Assembly: GCA_947040435.1 (NCBI GenBank) | Contig: CAMRBL010000001.1 | Coordinates: forward strand, 8,440-72,439 | Origin: an uncultured Rikenellaceae bacterium | GTDB lineage: Bacteria > Bacteroidota > Bacteroidia > Bacteroidales > Rikenellaceae | Direction of reading: 5' to 3' | DNA length: 64,000 bases | Shown here: in pieces, positions 30,588 to 41,372 of the stretch | Position numbering within the stretch: position 1 is the stretch's first letter | Layout of the letters: the number at the start of each line of letters is the position of its first letter | Made by a program: the position numbers and the translations under genes | The notes under the pieces: model-generated | The model's database searches: none | The model's input: the letters and a program-made list of their open reading frames with translations, nothing else | What the model was told of the DNA's origin: nothing

Positions 30588-30687
30588 AATTAATTTTTAA
30601 TGTTATTTTAAATAGTTATTAACAAATTATGTGCCTAACGAAGATTAAACTCACAAATTGTGTTATTTTGTATATAAATTAATAAAA

Positions 30688-30823
30688 CGTAAATTTTCGA
30701 AGTAAACTTATTTATAGAATATCTCAATATATTATAATATCATCTGACAATTATGATCTCTCAAAATTACATACGACACTAAATATTATGAACACTCCCT
30801 CAAGTTTATTTCGAAAATTTACG
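30688..30823. repeat. 136-bp segment bounded by 22-bp inverted repeats (candidate invertible promoter segment or MITE)
   Basis: CGTAAATTTTCGAAGTAAACTT (30688-30709) matches the reverse complement of AAGTTTATTTCGAAAATTTACG (30802-30823) at 21 of 22 positions. The 92-bp AT-rich spacer contains TAATTTTG (minus strand, 30762-30769) pointing at the META genes. Confidence 0.6.
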
Positions 30824-30852
30824 CTTATTTATTACATCCTCTCGGATTACTC

Positions 30853-31809
30853 CTATTTCTTAGCGATACCGTCTCTCATTGAAGTATCAGCCTGAATATT
30901 TTGAATCTTATAGTAATCCATAATACCTAGGTTTCCACTATTAAATGCCGCAGCAATAGCTGTTGGAATCTCTGCTTCTGCAAGAATTACCATTGCCTTA
31001 GCCTCTTGAGCCTTAGCCTTCATCTCCTGCTCCAACGCAACTGCCATAGCTCTTCTCTCTTCAGCTTTAGCTTGTGCAATATTCTTATCTGCATTAGCTT
31101 GGTCGATCTGAAGCTCAGCACCAATGTTCTTACCAACATTGATATCTGCAATGTCAATAGACAAAATTTCAAATGCAGTTCCTGCATCTAAACCCTTCTC
31201 AAGAACAACTTTTGAGATAGACTCTGGACTTCCTAGTACATCTCTATGAGATGCCGCAGAACCAATTGAAGATACGATACCCTCTCCAACACGAGCAAGA
31301 ACTGTCTCTTCACCAGCTCCTCCAACAAGTTGCTTTATGTTTGCACGCACTGTAACCCTAGCCTTTGCGATCAACTGAATACCATCTTTTGCAACTGCTG
31401 CAACGGGTGGTGTGTTGATAACTTTAGGATTAACTGACATCTGAACTGCTTCCAATACATCTCTACCAGCCAAGTCAATTGCTGTTGCCATTTTAAAGTC
31501 TAGCGTTATATTTGCTTTTTGCGCCGACACAAGAGCATTTACAACACTTGTAACTCTACCCCCAGCTAAATAATGCGCCTCTAACTCATTTGCATTAATT
31601 TTGATTCCAGCTTTTGTGCCGACAATCATTGCTGTAACGATAGTTGATGGTGGAACTTTTCTCCATCTCATCAATACTAATTGAATTAAACTGATGCGAA
31701 CTCCTGAAACTAATGCAGAGAACCATAAGCCAATAGGGATAAAATATAAAACAATCCAAATTGCTACAATTGCAACTACAATAAATAGAGCTAATACTCC
31801 TGCTTCCAT
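30853..31809 (-). CDS. floA: Flotillin-like protein FloA (SPFH/UPF0365 family)
   Basis: Highly conserved FloA sequence (…[17 protein letters not shown]…AHYLAGG.V..VV.ALV.A.KA…). Confidence 0.9.
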   Translation of the reverse strand: MEAGVLALFIVVAIVAIWIVLYFIPIGLWFSALVSGVRISLIQLVLMRWRKVPPSTIVTAMIVGTKAGIKINANELEAHYLAGGRVTSVVNALVSAQKANITLDFKMATAIDLAGRDVLEAVQMSVNPKVINTPPVAAVAKDGIQLIAKARVTVRANIKQLVGGAGEETVLARVGEGIVSSIGSAASHRDVLGSPESISKVVLEKGLDAGTAFEILSIDIADINVGKNIGAELQIDQANADKNIAQAKAEERRAMAVALEQEMKAKAQEAKAMVILAEAEIPTAIAAAFNSGNLGIMDYYKIQNIQADTSMRDGIAKK

Positions 31810-31944
31810 AATATTTGATTTTTAGTTAATTTTAGTTAATACATTTTTTATATATGTCTCCTGTTTTCAAGTTGTGGGTATTTTACAACATTACTCTCCA
31901 GACAAAGTTCCATATGCAGAGAGCACTGTATGGTATACCCCAAA

Positions 31945-32412
31945 TTAAAGGACAATTTTTTTTACTATAATTTGTGCATTTTCAAATCCTATAACCTCTA
32001 CTGCAACCCCCGGATCAATTAGAGCATTCAAAGATTTACCTTCATAGCTCTTATTATTTATCGTAATAGTTCCAATAGGGTTCAATCTTGTTAATGCAAC
32101 TGCCTTGTCTCCAATCTTCACATCTGCTTCAATAGGGAGTTTATCAATAGACCCATCAATATTTTGATTAAGTGCTAATCTATCCCACATCTTAGAGCGC
32201 AGTGTTAAAATAATTGCAAGTACAGATATAACAAATATCACACCAACAACAATAAACCCAATTGTATTTCCATACTGAGTAAAAGATAGGTATATAGAGC
32301 CACCATAAGCGGCAAAGGCTGCTATTCCAGCGACAGTTACTCCAGGAAGTAATACAATTTCAACCAATAGGAGTATTAGTCCAATGACAATTAACGCAAT
32401 AATTAACAACAT
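31945..32412 (-). CDS. NfeD family membrane protein
   Basis: N-terminal TM helices plus a C-terminal OB-fold-like soluble domain (GDKAVALTRLNPIGTITINNKSYEGKS), upstream of floA as usual for NfeD partners. Confidence 0.8.
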   Translation of the reverse strand: MLLIIALIVIGLILLLVEIVLLPGVTVAGIAAFAAYGGSIYLSFTQYGNTIGFIVVGVIFVISVLAIILTLRSKMWDRLALNQNIDGSIDKLPIEADVKIGDKAVALTRLNPIGTITINNKSYEGKSLNALIDPGVAVEVIGFENAQIIVKKIVL

Positions 32413-32465
32413 AATGAATAAGTTTTAGTTATTTTAATATCGCAATGTACCTCTTTTTTGTCGGA

Positions 32466-33995
32466 TTACAAATTTATTTCTGATATTGTAACATTCACAT
32501 CGGGCATTAAAGCCTTTATCTTTTCAGAGAGCCTTGTAGCTGATGTTTCGGAATTAAACAAACCAATCGTATAAGATTCATTTACTCTTGATATATCTTT
32601 ATTGACCGTGCTCTCGTTAATGAGCTCTACAACCTCTCGAGGTAGAGTCCCATTATAAGCAACTTGTACTCTATACGCAAATCCATCTCTCCCCATCTCT
32701 GCATCCATATCTACATCACATACAACTCCATCGATCCATCCTACAATTATAGGATTTCTGAAGCCTTTAGATTTAAGCAATTTGAAAGCACCAACGGCTT
32801 CTTCTATTGTTCTAAATCCACCAATGTAATAGCTATATCTCCTATTCTCCCCTTTAACGTATGAAATAGGATATGCTCCTCTAAATATTGATGGTGATTG
32901 TTTCACGGTATAACTACCTACGAGTAACTTATAAACAGTACCTCTCAATGGAATTTCAAACTCTGGAATAGGATTTGAATAGTTATATTTTGATGGTTTG
33001 AAAAACTCAACAGAGTCATAATCAATGAATAATCTCTCTTTAATATCGATCTTCTCAAGTTTATAATTGAGCCTATTAAAAGATTTTAGAGCTTTAGATA
33101 GTGAATCACGTGCCGCATCCAAATTAAACACCTTAGCTATATCAATCTCACTCTCAAGTAGCATCTGTTTCTCCAAGTAGTAAGAACAGATAATGTCTGA
33201 GTTATATTTGCCAATTAAACCAACCTCTTTTTGATCTATTGAAGCTAGCTTTTTCCCAAATTTCTCAATCTCTTCTGTTTTATTCAACTTGTCTAAAACC
33301 AAGTTATAATAGTATACTTTATTATCATATATCTTACTCCATATATTAGATATTGTATCGTTTATAACGCTATTTAAACTATTTAACGACTTATATTTCT
33401 CATAGAGACTATCTGCGATTATTATATCCTCTTCAACCGCATATACGTCACGAATAGCAGCAATTGAGTTATAGTTTGTTGTGTAAATATCTACGTATTT
33501 AACCAAAGAACTCTCCGTAGACTGCACCTTTTTGAGCACAGCATAATCTCTGGCAGATAAATTATCATAAAAAATAGAGTTCATAATAAACTCCTTTACA
33601 TCACTAGAGAGACTATCTCTTTTGGGAGCTAGTGCAGTTGGATCTATCGGTTTTCCGCTATTTAGGCTCTCGATTATAAACTCTTGTTCAATAGAGTTTA
33701 TCTCTCCAGAGATTAGTCCCAATTTACTTCTAATATCAAACAATTCACCCTCAATATTTAATATCTGGGATGAATATTTAGCCTTATTCTCTACATCTGT
33801 TTTAAACTTACCTCTAATAACAGCAACTCGCTTCGAGAGTGAATCCTCTTGAAACTTCAGTTCACGCTCATTTTTAAGCAGTTCAACATACTCCTTATTA
33901 TCCTCAAGACCTGCAACATGCGAAGTTTGAGCAACCGACACGAAAGGAGCTAAAGCGATTATAACTAGTATGATATATATATATAATGTTCTCAT
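32466..33995 (-). CDS. Secreted coiled-coil protein with two C-terminal SPOR-like (peptidoglycan-binding) repeats
   Basis: Signal peptide from the internal ATG at 33995 (MRTLYIYIILVIIALAPFVSVAQ). C-terminal YKLLVGSY…IGGFRTIEEAVGAFKLLKSKGF and YRVQVAY…IGLFNSETSATRLSEKIK resemble SPOR repeats. Confidence 0.55.
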   Translation of the reverse strand: MRTLYIYIILVIIALAPFVSVAQTSHVAGLEDNKEYVELLKNERELKFQEDSLSKRVAVIRGKFKTDVENKAKYSSQILNIEGELFDIRSKLGLISGEINSIEQEFIIESLNSGKPIDPTALAPKRDSLSSDVKEFIMNSIFYDNLSARDYAVLKKVQSTESSLVKYVDIYTTNYNSIAAIRDVYAVEEDIIIADSLYEKYKSLNSLNSVINDTISNIWSKIYDNKVYYYNLVLDKLNKTEEIEKFGKKLASIDQKEVGLIGKYNSDIICSYYLEKQMLLESEIDIAKVFNLDAARDSLSKALKSFNRLNYKLEKIDIKERLFIDYDSVEFFKPSKYNYSNPIPEFEIPLRGTVYKLLVGSYTVKQSPSIFRGAYPISYVKGENRRYSYYIGGFRTIEEAVGAFKLLKSKGFRNPIIVGWIDGVVCDVDMDAEMGRDGFAYRVQVAYNGTLPREVVELINESTVNKDISRVNESYTIGLFNSETSATRLSEKIKALMPDVNVTISEINL

Positions 33996-34006
33996 TTTAT
34001 AAAAGA

Positions 34007-35452
34007 TTACTTCCACCATTTAATAATAAACAACTGTATTAACCCAAATATCTCTAAACGACCAAGTAACATAAATAATGTACTGAATATCTTAACAAAA
34101 CTAGATAACCCAGCATAATTGGACATTGAGCCAACCTCTCCGAATCCTGGTCCAACATTACCCATACACGCTACAATCAATGAAGAGCTAGTAATTAGGT
34201 CTACTCCTGTAGCACAAACAACTATCGTACCTATCATTAATATTGCGAGGTAAGTAACAATAAATAACATTGCATAGTTCACAACCGACGGGTCTAATGT
34301 GACGTTATTCATCTTAATTCTAATTATAGCATTGGGATGTTGTTGTTGTAGTATCTGTGCCTTAACACCTTTTATAGCCAACCACACCCTATCAGTTTTC
34401 ATTGCACCAGATGTAGATCCAGCACACGCACCCTGAATAGATAGCATGATTATTACGATCATTGCAAAAGGTGTCCACTGTGTTGTATCAGCCGTTGCGA
34501 ATCCTGTGGTGGTAAAAACCGTTGCCACTTGAAATGACGCATACCTAAAAGCTGTAAACAGATCGGGGTACACACCTGCGTCCCAAATACTTATAGATAC
34601 TGTAACTGTTGCAATAACGAGTACAGCAATATAGAACCTACATATCTCAGAACGGAAAAAATTTTCCGTTTTTCCTATAATCGTAGCGAAAATCAACCCA
34701 AAGTGGAGTCCCGACAACACCATAAACACAGTAGTAATACCCTCAATCCAGATATTATCATAATAGGCAATACTCAAATTTTTCGTACTAAATCCACCCG
34801 TTGCAATAGTTGCGAAAGAGTGGTTTATTGCATCAAACCAAGACATCCCAGCCCCCCATAGGAGTACAGTTTGGAGCGCCGTCATCCCAAGGTATACTAC
34901 AATAAGAATACGTATAATTTTGGGCGTTCTATATCTGTAATTATCTTTTGCGAGACTCGACATCTCCAAGTTAGAGAGTTTAGTTTTGGTTGTTCCACCA
35001 GAAGAGAGTGCAATCAATGCAAATACAACAACACCAACTCCTCCAATCCAATGAGTTGAAGATCTCCAAAACAGAAGCCCATTAGGTAGTGCCTCTATAT
35101 CCATTAAGGCTGTTGAGCCCGTAGTTGTATATCCTGACACAATCTCAAACCATGCAGTTGCAAAATCGAATTCACCTCCCCATAATAGATACGGAAACAT
35201 CCCAACAGCACAACACACCAACCATGATAGAATTACAATTGCGTACCCCTCTTTGTTACTAATTTTCTCTCTTTTACTTACGAAAATCATAGGAAATGCA
35301 CCCATAACAGCAGATAGTAATGCCGATAACATCAGGGGATAAAAACCCGAGTCCATCCCATTAAACAGAGATACCATTGCCGATATAAACATGAATAGTG
35401 TATTCAATAACACTACAATACCAACATATCTTAAAACAACACCAAAATGCAT
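34007..35452 (-). CDS. trkH: TrkH-family potassium uptake membrane protein
   Basis: 481 aa, polytopic, with repeated selectivity-filter-like motifs (SGYTTTGS, ATGGFS, TTTGFA, GNVGPGFG). Confidence 0.9.
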   Translation of the reverse strand: MHFGVVLRYVGIVVLLNTLFMFISAMVSLFNGMDSGFYPLMLSALLSAVMGAFPMIFVSKREKISNKEGYAIVILSWLVCCAVGMFPYLLWGGEFDFATAWFEIVSGYTTTGSTALMDIEALPNGLLFWRSSTHWIGGVGVVVFALIALSSGGTTKTKLSNLEMSSLAKDNYRYRTPKIIRILIVVYLGMTALQTVLLWGAGMSWFDAINHSFATIATGGFSTKNLSIAYYDNIWIEGITTVFMVLSGLHFGLIFATIIGKTENFFRSEICRFYIAVLVIATVTVSISIWDAGVYPDLFTAFRYASFQVATVFTTTGFATADTTQWTPFAMIVIIMLSIQGACAGSTSGAMKTDRVWLAIKGVKAQILQQQHPNAIIRIKMNNVTLDPSVVNYAMLFIVTYLAILMIGTIVVCATGVDLITSSSLIVACMGNVGPGFGEVGSMSNYAGLSSFVKIFSTLFMLLGRLEIFGLIQLFIIKWWK

Positions 35453-35458
35453 CTCTTT

Positions 35459-36226
35459 CTACTCGTTTTTTTTGTTCTTATACAACATTATGAGCCTTTC
35501 AACGCCATCTCTTAGCGATTGAATTTCGTCATTACTCTCGACCTTCACATTAAATGGAATCTTGTTAGTCAAGTATGCATTCAAACTTTTGTTTATATTT
35601 AAAATAGGCTTAATGAAGTATATATCCACAAAGAATAGAAACATTCCAATTATCACCCCTAGTACTGCAATTGTAAGAACATTCGGAGTTGACGCTCTGT
35701 AAGCGCTCTTTTCTAGTTGAATAGTCTGTTCAGCTAAAGAGTTCTGAGACTCACTCATGTGTATCTTTATTGACTCCGTAAATATCGAGTATGAATCCTT
35801 ATAGGTCTTCACAAACCAAGCGACATTCTCCTCTTTACTCCTCTCTCTATACCCCTCCACAACCTTCTCATAAGCAATAGAGGCTGTAAGTACTGGAGCT
35901 AACTCTTTTGGATTTTTAACAATTTTAGTTGCGTTCGCAAGAGATGATGCAAAATCACCTTTACTTACACTGAACAATGAGTCTTGGTTAAGACTATCAC
36001 TCAACATTACAATCTTCAATAGCGCAACATTCTGGTCATGCACAGCATCGAGTATTATCTGCGTTGCTTGCATATTTCGACTACTTGAATCGATTAGCTT
36101 TTGTGTTGATTTGCTTAAATTCTCAAGCTCAAATAGGGAAACAGTACCTGTAAATAGGAGGGTAATCGCAATACCGATAAACCCCGCTAAAATTTTTTTC
36201 CTAAGCCCCATTTTTCTAAGTCCCAT
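35459..36226 (-). CDS. Two-TM sensor-like protein: periplasmic four-helix-bundle (4HB_MCP-like) domain plus a short HAMP-like tail, with no output domain
   Basis: TM1 (ILAGFIGIAITLLFTG), a roughly 150-aa helical periplasmic region, TM2 (VLTIAVLGVIIGMFLFFV), then IKPILNINKSLNAYLTNKIPFNVKVESNDEIQSLRDGVERL, which is HAMP-like. Ends 6 nt upstream of trkH. Confidence 0.55.
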   Translation of the reverse strand: MGLRKMGLRKKILAGFIGIAITLLFTGTVSLFELENLSKSTQKLIDSSSRNMQATQIILDAVHDQNVALLKIVMLSDSLNQDSLFSVSKGDFASSLANATKIVKNPKELAPVLTASIAYEKVVEGYRERSKEENVAWFVKTYKDSYSIFTESIKIHMSESQNSLAEQTIQLEKSAYRASTPNVLTIAVLGVIIGMFLFFVDIYFIKPILNINKSLNAYLTNKIPFNVKVESNDEIQSLRDGVERLIMLYKNKKNE

Positions 36227-36327
36227 GGCAAAATCTTTTATTTAATTATAAATATGTCCATATAAAGTGCTAACTCTTTTCTCCTAGAAAAAAACATAGC
36301 GCAATAAGTCAGCAAAGTTATAATTTA

Positions 36328-37638
36328 TTAATGAGCTATACAAATAAATGATGCAAGCATCTCACCATTATCAAGAGCTTCTACTAATTTAACTCTGACC
36401 AATCTATTAATAAGATCTTTATTGAATGGAATTCTCACCTTGATATAATTCTCTGTATACCCAAACATCATCCCCTCCTTACGTCCACTCTCCATCAATG
36501 CAACCATCTCTGTATCTACGTATTTACTAATGAACTCAGCGTGCAGTTCAGAGCAAAGCTCGGTTAATTCGTGTACCCTCCTAGCTGACTCTTTGGATGA
36601 GACTTTACCTTCAAAATCTATTGCGGGAGTTCCTGGTCTTTCAGAGTATGGAAATACGTGTAAGTAGGCTGGTTTTATTTTTTTCAGGAAATTGTACGTC
36701 TCTTCGAACTCAACTTCCGTCTCTCCAGGGAAGCCAACAATTACATCAATACCTAGAAATACATTAGAAATACTACCTCTAACAGCATTTATACGCTCCT
36801 CAAAGCTCCCCGTCGTATATCGACGTCTCATAAGACCTAGAATCTTATCGGAACCACTTTGGATCGGAATATGGAAATGAGGTTGAAATTTATTCGATTT
36901 TGAAGTGAACTCAATCACCTCATCGGTTAATAAGTTAGGCTCAATGGATGATATTCTGAACCGTTCAACACCCTCTACACTCTCAAGTCCTTTGAGTAGA
37001 TCTATGAAAGTCTCATTCGTTGTACGCCCAAAATCTCCAGTATTAATCCCCGTTATGACAATCTCCTTCTGTCCAGCCGCTGCAATTTGGGTCGCTTCAT
37101 TAACAATCTCATCTATAGATATATTACGACTCGCCCCTCGTGCATATGGTATCGTACAGTAACTACACTTATAATTACAGCCATCTTGAACTTTCAGGAA
37201 TGCTCTTGTTCTGTCTCCAGTTGAGAATGACGCAAAAAAACTAGTCAATTGGTCGCTATCACAACTATATATGGCTGTTTCGCCCTTATGAGATAAGTTT
37301 GTTATCTTTTCAAATAATTCTCCTTTATTATTGTTGCCTATCACAAGATCAACACCCTCTATGTTTGCAATCTCCTGAGGCTTCAGCTGCGCATAACACC
37401 CCGTCACAGCAATTAGAGCATTAGGGCTCTGTTTTATTAGTTTACGTATTAAGTGACGGCATTTTTTATCCGCATTATCTGTTACAGAACAGCTATTTAT
37501 TACACATATATCCGATACATCACCTTTTGATGCTCTAATAAAACCATTATTTTCAAACTGTCTAGCTATTGTAGATGTTTCGGAGAAGTTTAATTTACAT
37601 CCAAGTGTATGAAAACTTACTATTTTAGAGTCTGACAT
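36328..37638 (-). CDS. mtaB: tRNA (t6A37) methylthiotransferase MtaB (radical SAM)
   Basis: UPF0004 N-domain (FHTLGCKLNFSE), radical SAM CNYKCSYC motif and a TRAM-like C-terminus. The internal ATG at 37638 is preferred over the track start. Confidence 0.85.
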   Translation of the reverse strand: MSDSKIVSFHTLGCKLNFSETSTIARQFENNGFIRASKGDVSDICVINSCSVTDNADKKCRHLIRKLIKQSPNALIAVTGCYAQLKPQEIANIEGVDLVIGNNNKGELFEKITNLSHKGETAIYSCDSDQLTSFFASFSTGDRTRAFLKVQDGCNYKCSYCTIPYARGASRNISIDEIVNEATQIAAAGQKEIVITGINTGDFGRTTNETFIDLLKGLESVEGVERFRISSIEPNLLTDEVIEFTSKSNKFQPHFHIPIQSGSDKILGLMRRRYTTGSFEERINAVRGSISNVFLGIDVIVGFPGETEVEFEETYNFLKKIKPAYLHVFPYSERPGTPAIDFEGKVSSKESARRVHELTELCSELHAEFISKYVDTEMVALMESGRKEGMMFGYTENYIKVRIPFNKDLINRLVRVKLVEALDNGEMLASFICIAH

Positions 37639-37795
37639 TATTCCTATTATTATTTGATGCAAAAATACGATAAATTAGGTTAGCAAAAAAATATTTTTCT
37701 CTCCACACGATCACTCAATGCTACGTAATCGCACGGAAGAGATATTATCGTTGTAAAACTCTTCTTTTTTGATTAAAAAAGATTAAATTTGCAGA

Positions 37796-38620
37796 ATGGA
37801 TTTTATAGGAGAAGTTTTTACTTATAAGTTCCTAACCAACGCATTTATAGCCTCAATATTATCAGGGTTGATGTGCGGAGTTGTAGGAACGTATATTGTG
37901 TGTCGCAGATTGGTATTCCTTAGTGGAGGTATTACCCATGCCTCATTTGGGGGTATTGGTATCGCATACTACTTAGGATTAAATCCTATTATTGGAGCTA
38001 TGGTATTTGCACTCATATCATCTTTTGGAATAGAACTTGTCGCAGATAAAGGACGAATAAGAGAAGACTCAGCAATTGGCATTATATGGTCGGTCGGAAT
38101 GTCTATCGGAATTATATTTGTATACATGACACCTGGTTATGCTCCAAACTTAATGAGCTTTCTGTTTGGCAACATACTACTAGTCACGCAACAAGACATC
38201 ACAATGCTCGCTATATTTGCGCTCTTTGTAATAGCAATATTTGCGCTGATGTATAGACCCATCGTTTACAGCGCTTTTGATCGTGAATTCGCAAAAAGCC
38301 AAGGTGCAAGCGTTAGGTTTGTTTCATACCTCATGGCTGCAATAATGGCTCTTACAATAGTGTTAACCATAAGAATGGTGGGTATCGTACTACTTATTTC
38401 ACTCCTCACACTACCAGTAGTTATTGCCAATAGTATATCGAAATCATACCTTAAAATCACATGCTTAGCTGTAGTAATTGCAATCATAGGGAACATCCTC
38501 GGACTCTATTGTAGCTATACAGCAGATATTCCTGCCGCAGCAGCAACAATATTTATACTAACTCTTATGCTTATTTGTGTAAAACTATTACCTTTGTACA
38601 ACAAAAAGCAGAACATATAA
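37796..38620 (+). CDS. Metal (Zn/Mn/Fe) ABC transporter permease (ABC-3 family)
   Basis: 8-9 TM protein with …RRLVFLSGGITHASFGG…, typical of ZnuB/MntB-type permeases. A TAAATTTG -7 box (37784-37791) lies only 4 nt before the ATG, so the mRNA may be leaderless. Confidence 0.75.
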   Translation: MDFIGEVFTYKFLTNAFIASILSGLMCGVVGTYIVCRRLVFLSGGITHASFGGIGIAYYLGLNPIIGAMVFALISSFGIELVADKGRIREDSAIGIIWSVGMSIGIIFVYMTPGYAPNLMSFLFGNILLVTQQDITMLAIFALFVIAIFALMYRPIVYSAFDREFAKSQGASVRFVSYLMAAIMALTIVLTIRMVGIVLLISLLTLPVVIANSISKSYLKITCLAVVIAIIGNILGLYCSYTADIPAAAATIFILTLMLICVKLLPLYNKKQNI

Positions 38621-38621
38621 T

Positions 38622-40103
38622 ATGAAAGCAATACATAAACTTATTATTAAGTCCTATTTAGGTCCAATGATACTGTCATCATTTATTGTGCTGTTTATCC
38701 TAATCATGAACTTCTTGTGGAGGTATATTGACGACTTAGTCGGGAAAGGGCTAGAGCTAAACGTTATTATGGAGCTACTGTTCTATGTATCAATAAATGC
38801 ACTTCCGATGGCACTTCCGCTCTCAATACTCCTCTCCGCAATTATTCTAATGGGAGATCTTGGCGAGAACTATGAGCTACTAGCGATGAAATCGGCAGGA
38901 ATGTCCCTACTATCTATATTAAAACCACTTATTGCCATTGTTGGATTAATAGCAATTGGCAGTTTCTTTATATCTAACGACCTTGTGCCGTACACCACAA
39001 AGAAGATGTACTCTTTGATATACGATATTCAGAATCAGAAACAATCCATAGAGTTTAAAGATGGTGTTTTTTTCAATGACCTTGAAGACATGAGCATTAG
39101 GATCGGAACTCAAGACCCTAAGACAAAATTATTGAATGAGATACTAATATACGACACGAGAGATCGTTATGGAAACATGACAACTACTGTTGCAGACTCG
39201 GGATACATTAAGATTTCAGATGATAGGAAGAGTCTTCAAGTAACTCTATACAATGGAGAGATGTATGAACAAACAAGAGATCGGAGTTGGTTAAACAAAA
39301 ATAAATTAACTCATCGTATTTTCACAAAACAAAAAGGAGCTATCTCTCTTGAAGGCTTTGCTCTAGGGAATACTGATGAAGCACTATTTAACGGCAGTTA
39401 CTCCAAAGATATAAAGGAGCTAAACTATTGGATCGATTCACTACAATTATACTCTGACGGAAAGAATGCAAACTCTTACGAGCCGCTTTTGGAGAAATTT
39501 ATTTTCCCATTTCACAAGTCGCTTATTTATGACAGTCTCAAGGCACAGGACACTATAATACGTAGACAGATTACGATTACTGACCCTATTACAAACATGG
39601 ATGTTTATGAGCAAAGAGCACTATGGCAGCTTGCAAAGAGTAATTCATATAGCTCGAAAGGCTCATTCCGCTTTGATGAAGAGTCGGCAAAAAGTGCCAT
39701 TAGCCAACTATACAAATATCAGGTTGAGTGGCATAAAAAAATACTACTTCCCGTCTCAATCATTGTATTTTTGTTGATTGGAGCACCTCTAGGAGCAATT
39801 ATTAGAAAAGGAGGGCTTGGAATGCCAATTTTGGTCTCTATATTCTTCTTTATTACTTACTATATGATTAGTCTAACGGGAGAAAAAATGGGCATAGAGG
39901 GTACATGGAAAGTATATTTTGGGATGTGGCTCCCAATAATTATTTTAACACCAATAGCAGCATTCTTAACATACAAAGCGACTAATGACTCTAATTTATT
40001 TAATATAGATCGCTATATTGTACTATATATTAGAGTGAAAAATTCGTTAATAGAAATGACAAATAATAAAATAAAGATATGGAACAGAAGAAAAAAACAC
40101 TAA
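38622..40103 (+). CDS. LptF/LptG family LPS export permease
   Basis: N-terminus ILDRY-like ([23 protein letters not shown]), a large periplasmic insert and C-terminal TM helices (…[16 protein letters not shown]…). Confidence 0.8.
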   Translation: MKAIHKLIIKSYLGPMILSSFIVLFILIMNFLWRYIDDLVGKGLELNVIMELLFYVSINALPMALPLSILLSAIILMGDLGENYELLAMKSAGMSLLSILKPLIAIVGLIAIGSFFISNDLVPYTTKKMYSLIYDIQNQKQSIEFKDGVFFNDLEDMSIRIGTQDPKTKLLNEILIYDTRDRYGNMTTTVADSGYIKISDDRKSLQVTLYNGEMYEQTRDRSWLNKNKLTHRIFTKQKGAISLEGFALGNTDEALFNGSYSKDIKELNYWIDSLQLYSDGKNANSYEPLLEKFIFPFHKSLIYDSLKAQDTIIRRQITITDPITNMDVYEQRALWQLAKSNSYSSKGSFRFDEESAKSAISQLYKYQVEWHKKILLPVSIIVFLLIGAPLGAIIRKGGLGMPILVSIFFFITYYMISLTGEKMGIEGTWKVYFGMWLPIIILTPIAAFLTYKATNDSNLFNIDRYIVLYIRVKNSLIEMTNNKIKIWNRRKKH

Positions 40104-41305
40104 ATACAATCAAAGAGGCGATTGAAGATATTCGCAATGGTAAGATAATTATCGTTGTCGATGATGAGGATCGTGAGAATGAGGGTGATTTCATTGTTGC
40201 CGCTGAGAAGGTAACTCCAGAAATCGTGAACTTTATGCTACACAAAGGACGTGGAGTTCTGTGTGTAGCTCTACCAGAGGAGAGGTGTAATGACCTACAA
40301 CTAAATATGATGGTTGGATACAACACATCTGTATTAGATACTCCATTTACAATATCGGTAGACCTTATTGGTCACGGATGTACTACGGGAGTTGCGTCAA
40401 CAGATAGAACTTTAACTATCAACGCACTTGTTGACCCTGAGACTAAGCCTACTGACTTGGGAAGACCAGGACATATATTCCCTCTAAGAGCGAAGCAAAA
40501 AGGGGTATTAAGACGCCCTGGACACACTGAAGCTGTTGTGGATTTAACGAGATTGGCTGGATTAAATCCTGGAGGAGCATTGATCGAGATAATGAATGAA
40601 GATGGTACAATGGCTAGACTTCCTGAATTATTAAAGATTGCTGAGGAGTTTGATCTTAAAGTAGTATCTATTGCGGATTTAATATCTTACAGACTACAAA
40701 CAGAGTCTATTGTTACTAAAGGCGAGGCTGTTGAGATGCCTACTGAGTGGGGTAATTTTAAGATGATACCATTTATTCAGAAGAGTAATGGATTCGAACA
40801 TATTGCACTGATTAAAGGTGACTTCAAAGAGGATGAAGATATTTTAGTGAGAGTACACTCTTCATGTGCTACTGGAGATATTTTTGGTTCATATCGTTGC
40901 GACTGTGGCACGCAGCTACACGAAGCTATGAAAATGGTCGAAAAAGAGGGTAAAGGAGCTGTTATTTATCTGAACCAAGAGGGACGTGGTATTGGTCTAT
41001 TTAATAAACTAAAAGCATACAAACTTCAGGAGCAGGGGTATGACACTGCGGAAGCAAATATAAAATTAGGTTTTGCGGTTGATGAGCGTGACTATGGAGT
41101 TGGTGCTAGTATCATTCGTGAACTTGGAATAACAAATATGAGATTGATGACTAATAATCCTTTGAAGCGTGTGGGTCTTGAGGGGTATGGATTGTCTATA
41201 AAAGACGTCGTTCCAATTGTAGTTGCTCCAAATTGTCATAACGAGAAGTACCTTAAGACTAAGGAGCTTGACATGGGTCATACGCTTGGCATCTTTAAAC
41301 ACTAA
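40079..41305 (+). CDS. ribBA: Bifunctional 3,4-dihydroxy-2-butanone-4-phosphate synthase / GTP cyclohydrolase II
   Basis: [12 protein letters not shown] (RibB) and [21 protein letters not shown]…[11 protein letters not shown] (RibA) motifs. Confidence 0.95.
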   Translation: MEQKKKTLNTIKEAIEDIRNGKIIIVVDDEDRENEGDFIVAAEKVTPEIVNFMLHKGRGVLCVALPEERCNDLQLNMMVGYNTSVLDTPFTISVDLIGHGCTTGVASTDRTLTINALVDPETKPTDLGRPGHIFPLRAKQKGVLRRPGHTEAVVDLTRLAGLNPGGALIEIMNEDGTMARLPELLKIAEEFDLKVVSIADLISYRLQTESIVTKGEAVEMPTEWGNFKMIPFIQKSNGFEHIALIKGDFKEDEDILVRVHSSCATGDIFGSYRCDCGTQLHEAMKMVEKEGKGAVIYLNQEGRGIGLFNKLKAYKLQEQGYDTAEANIKLGFAVDERDYGVGASIIRELGITNMRLMTNNPLKRVGLEGYGLSIKDVVPIVVAPNCHNEKYLKTKELDMGHTLGIFKH

Positions 41306-41372
41306 TATATACATACTGAAAACGAAGTTTTTATCTATGAGTTTTTTTGTAAAATAATAATTTTAAATATTT

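Noticed and set aside
31811-31840. Direct 10-mer duplication TTTAGTTAAT-TTTAGTTAAT just upstream of the floA start.
   Set aside because: It is very short and AT-rich, consistent with slippage, with no further structure or recurrence.
40030-40103. Looked for an FMN riboswitch upstream of ribBA.
   Set aside because: ribBA overlaps the end of the LptF/G-family gene by 25 nt, so there is no untranslated leader to hold a riboswitch.
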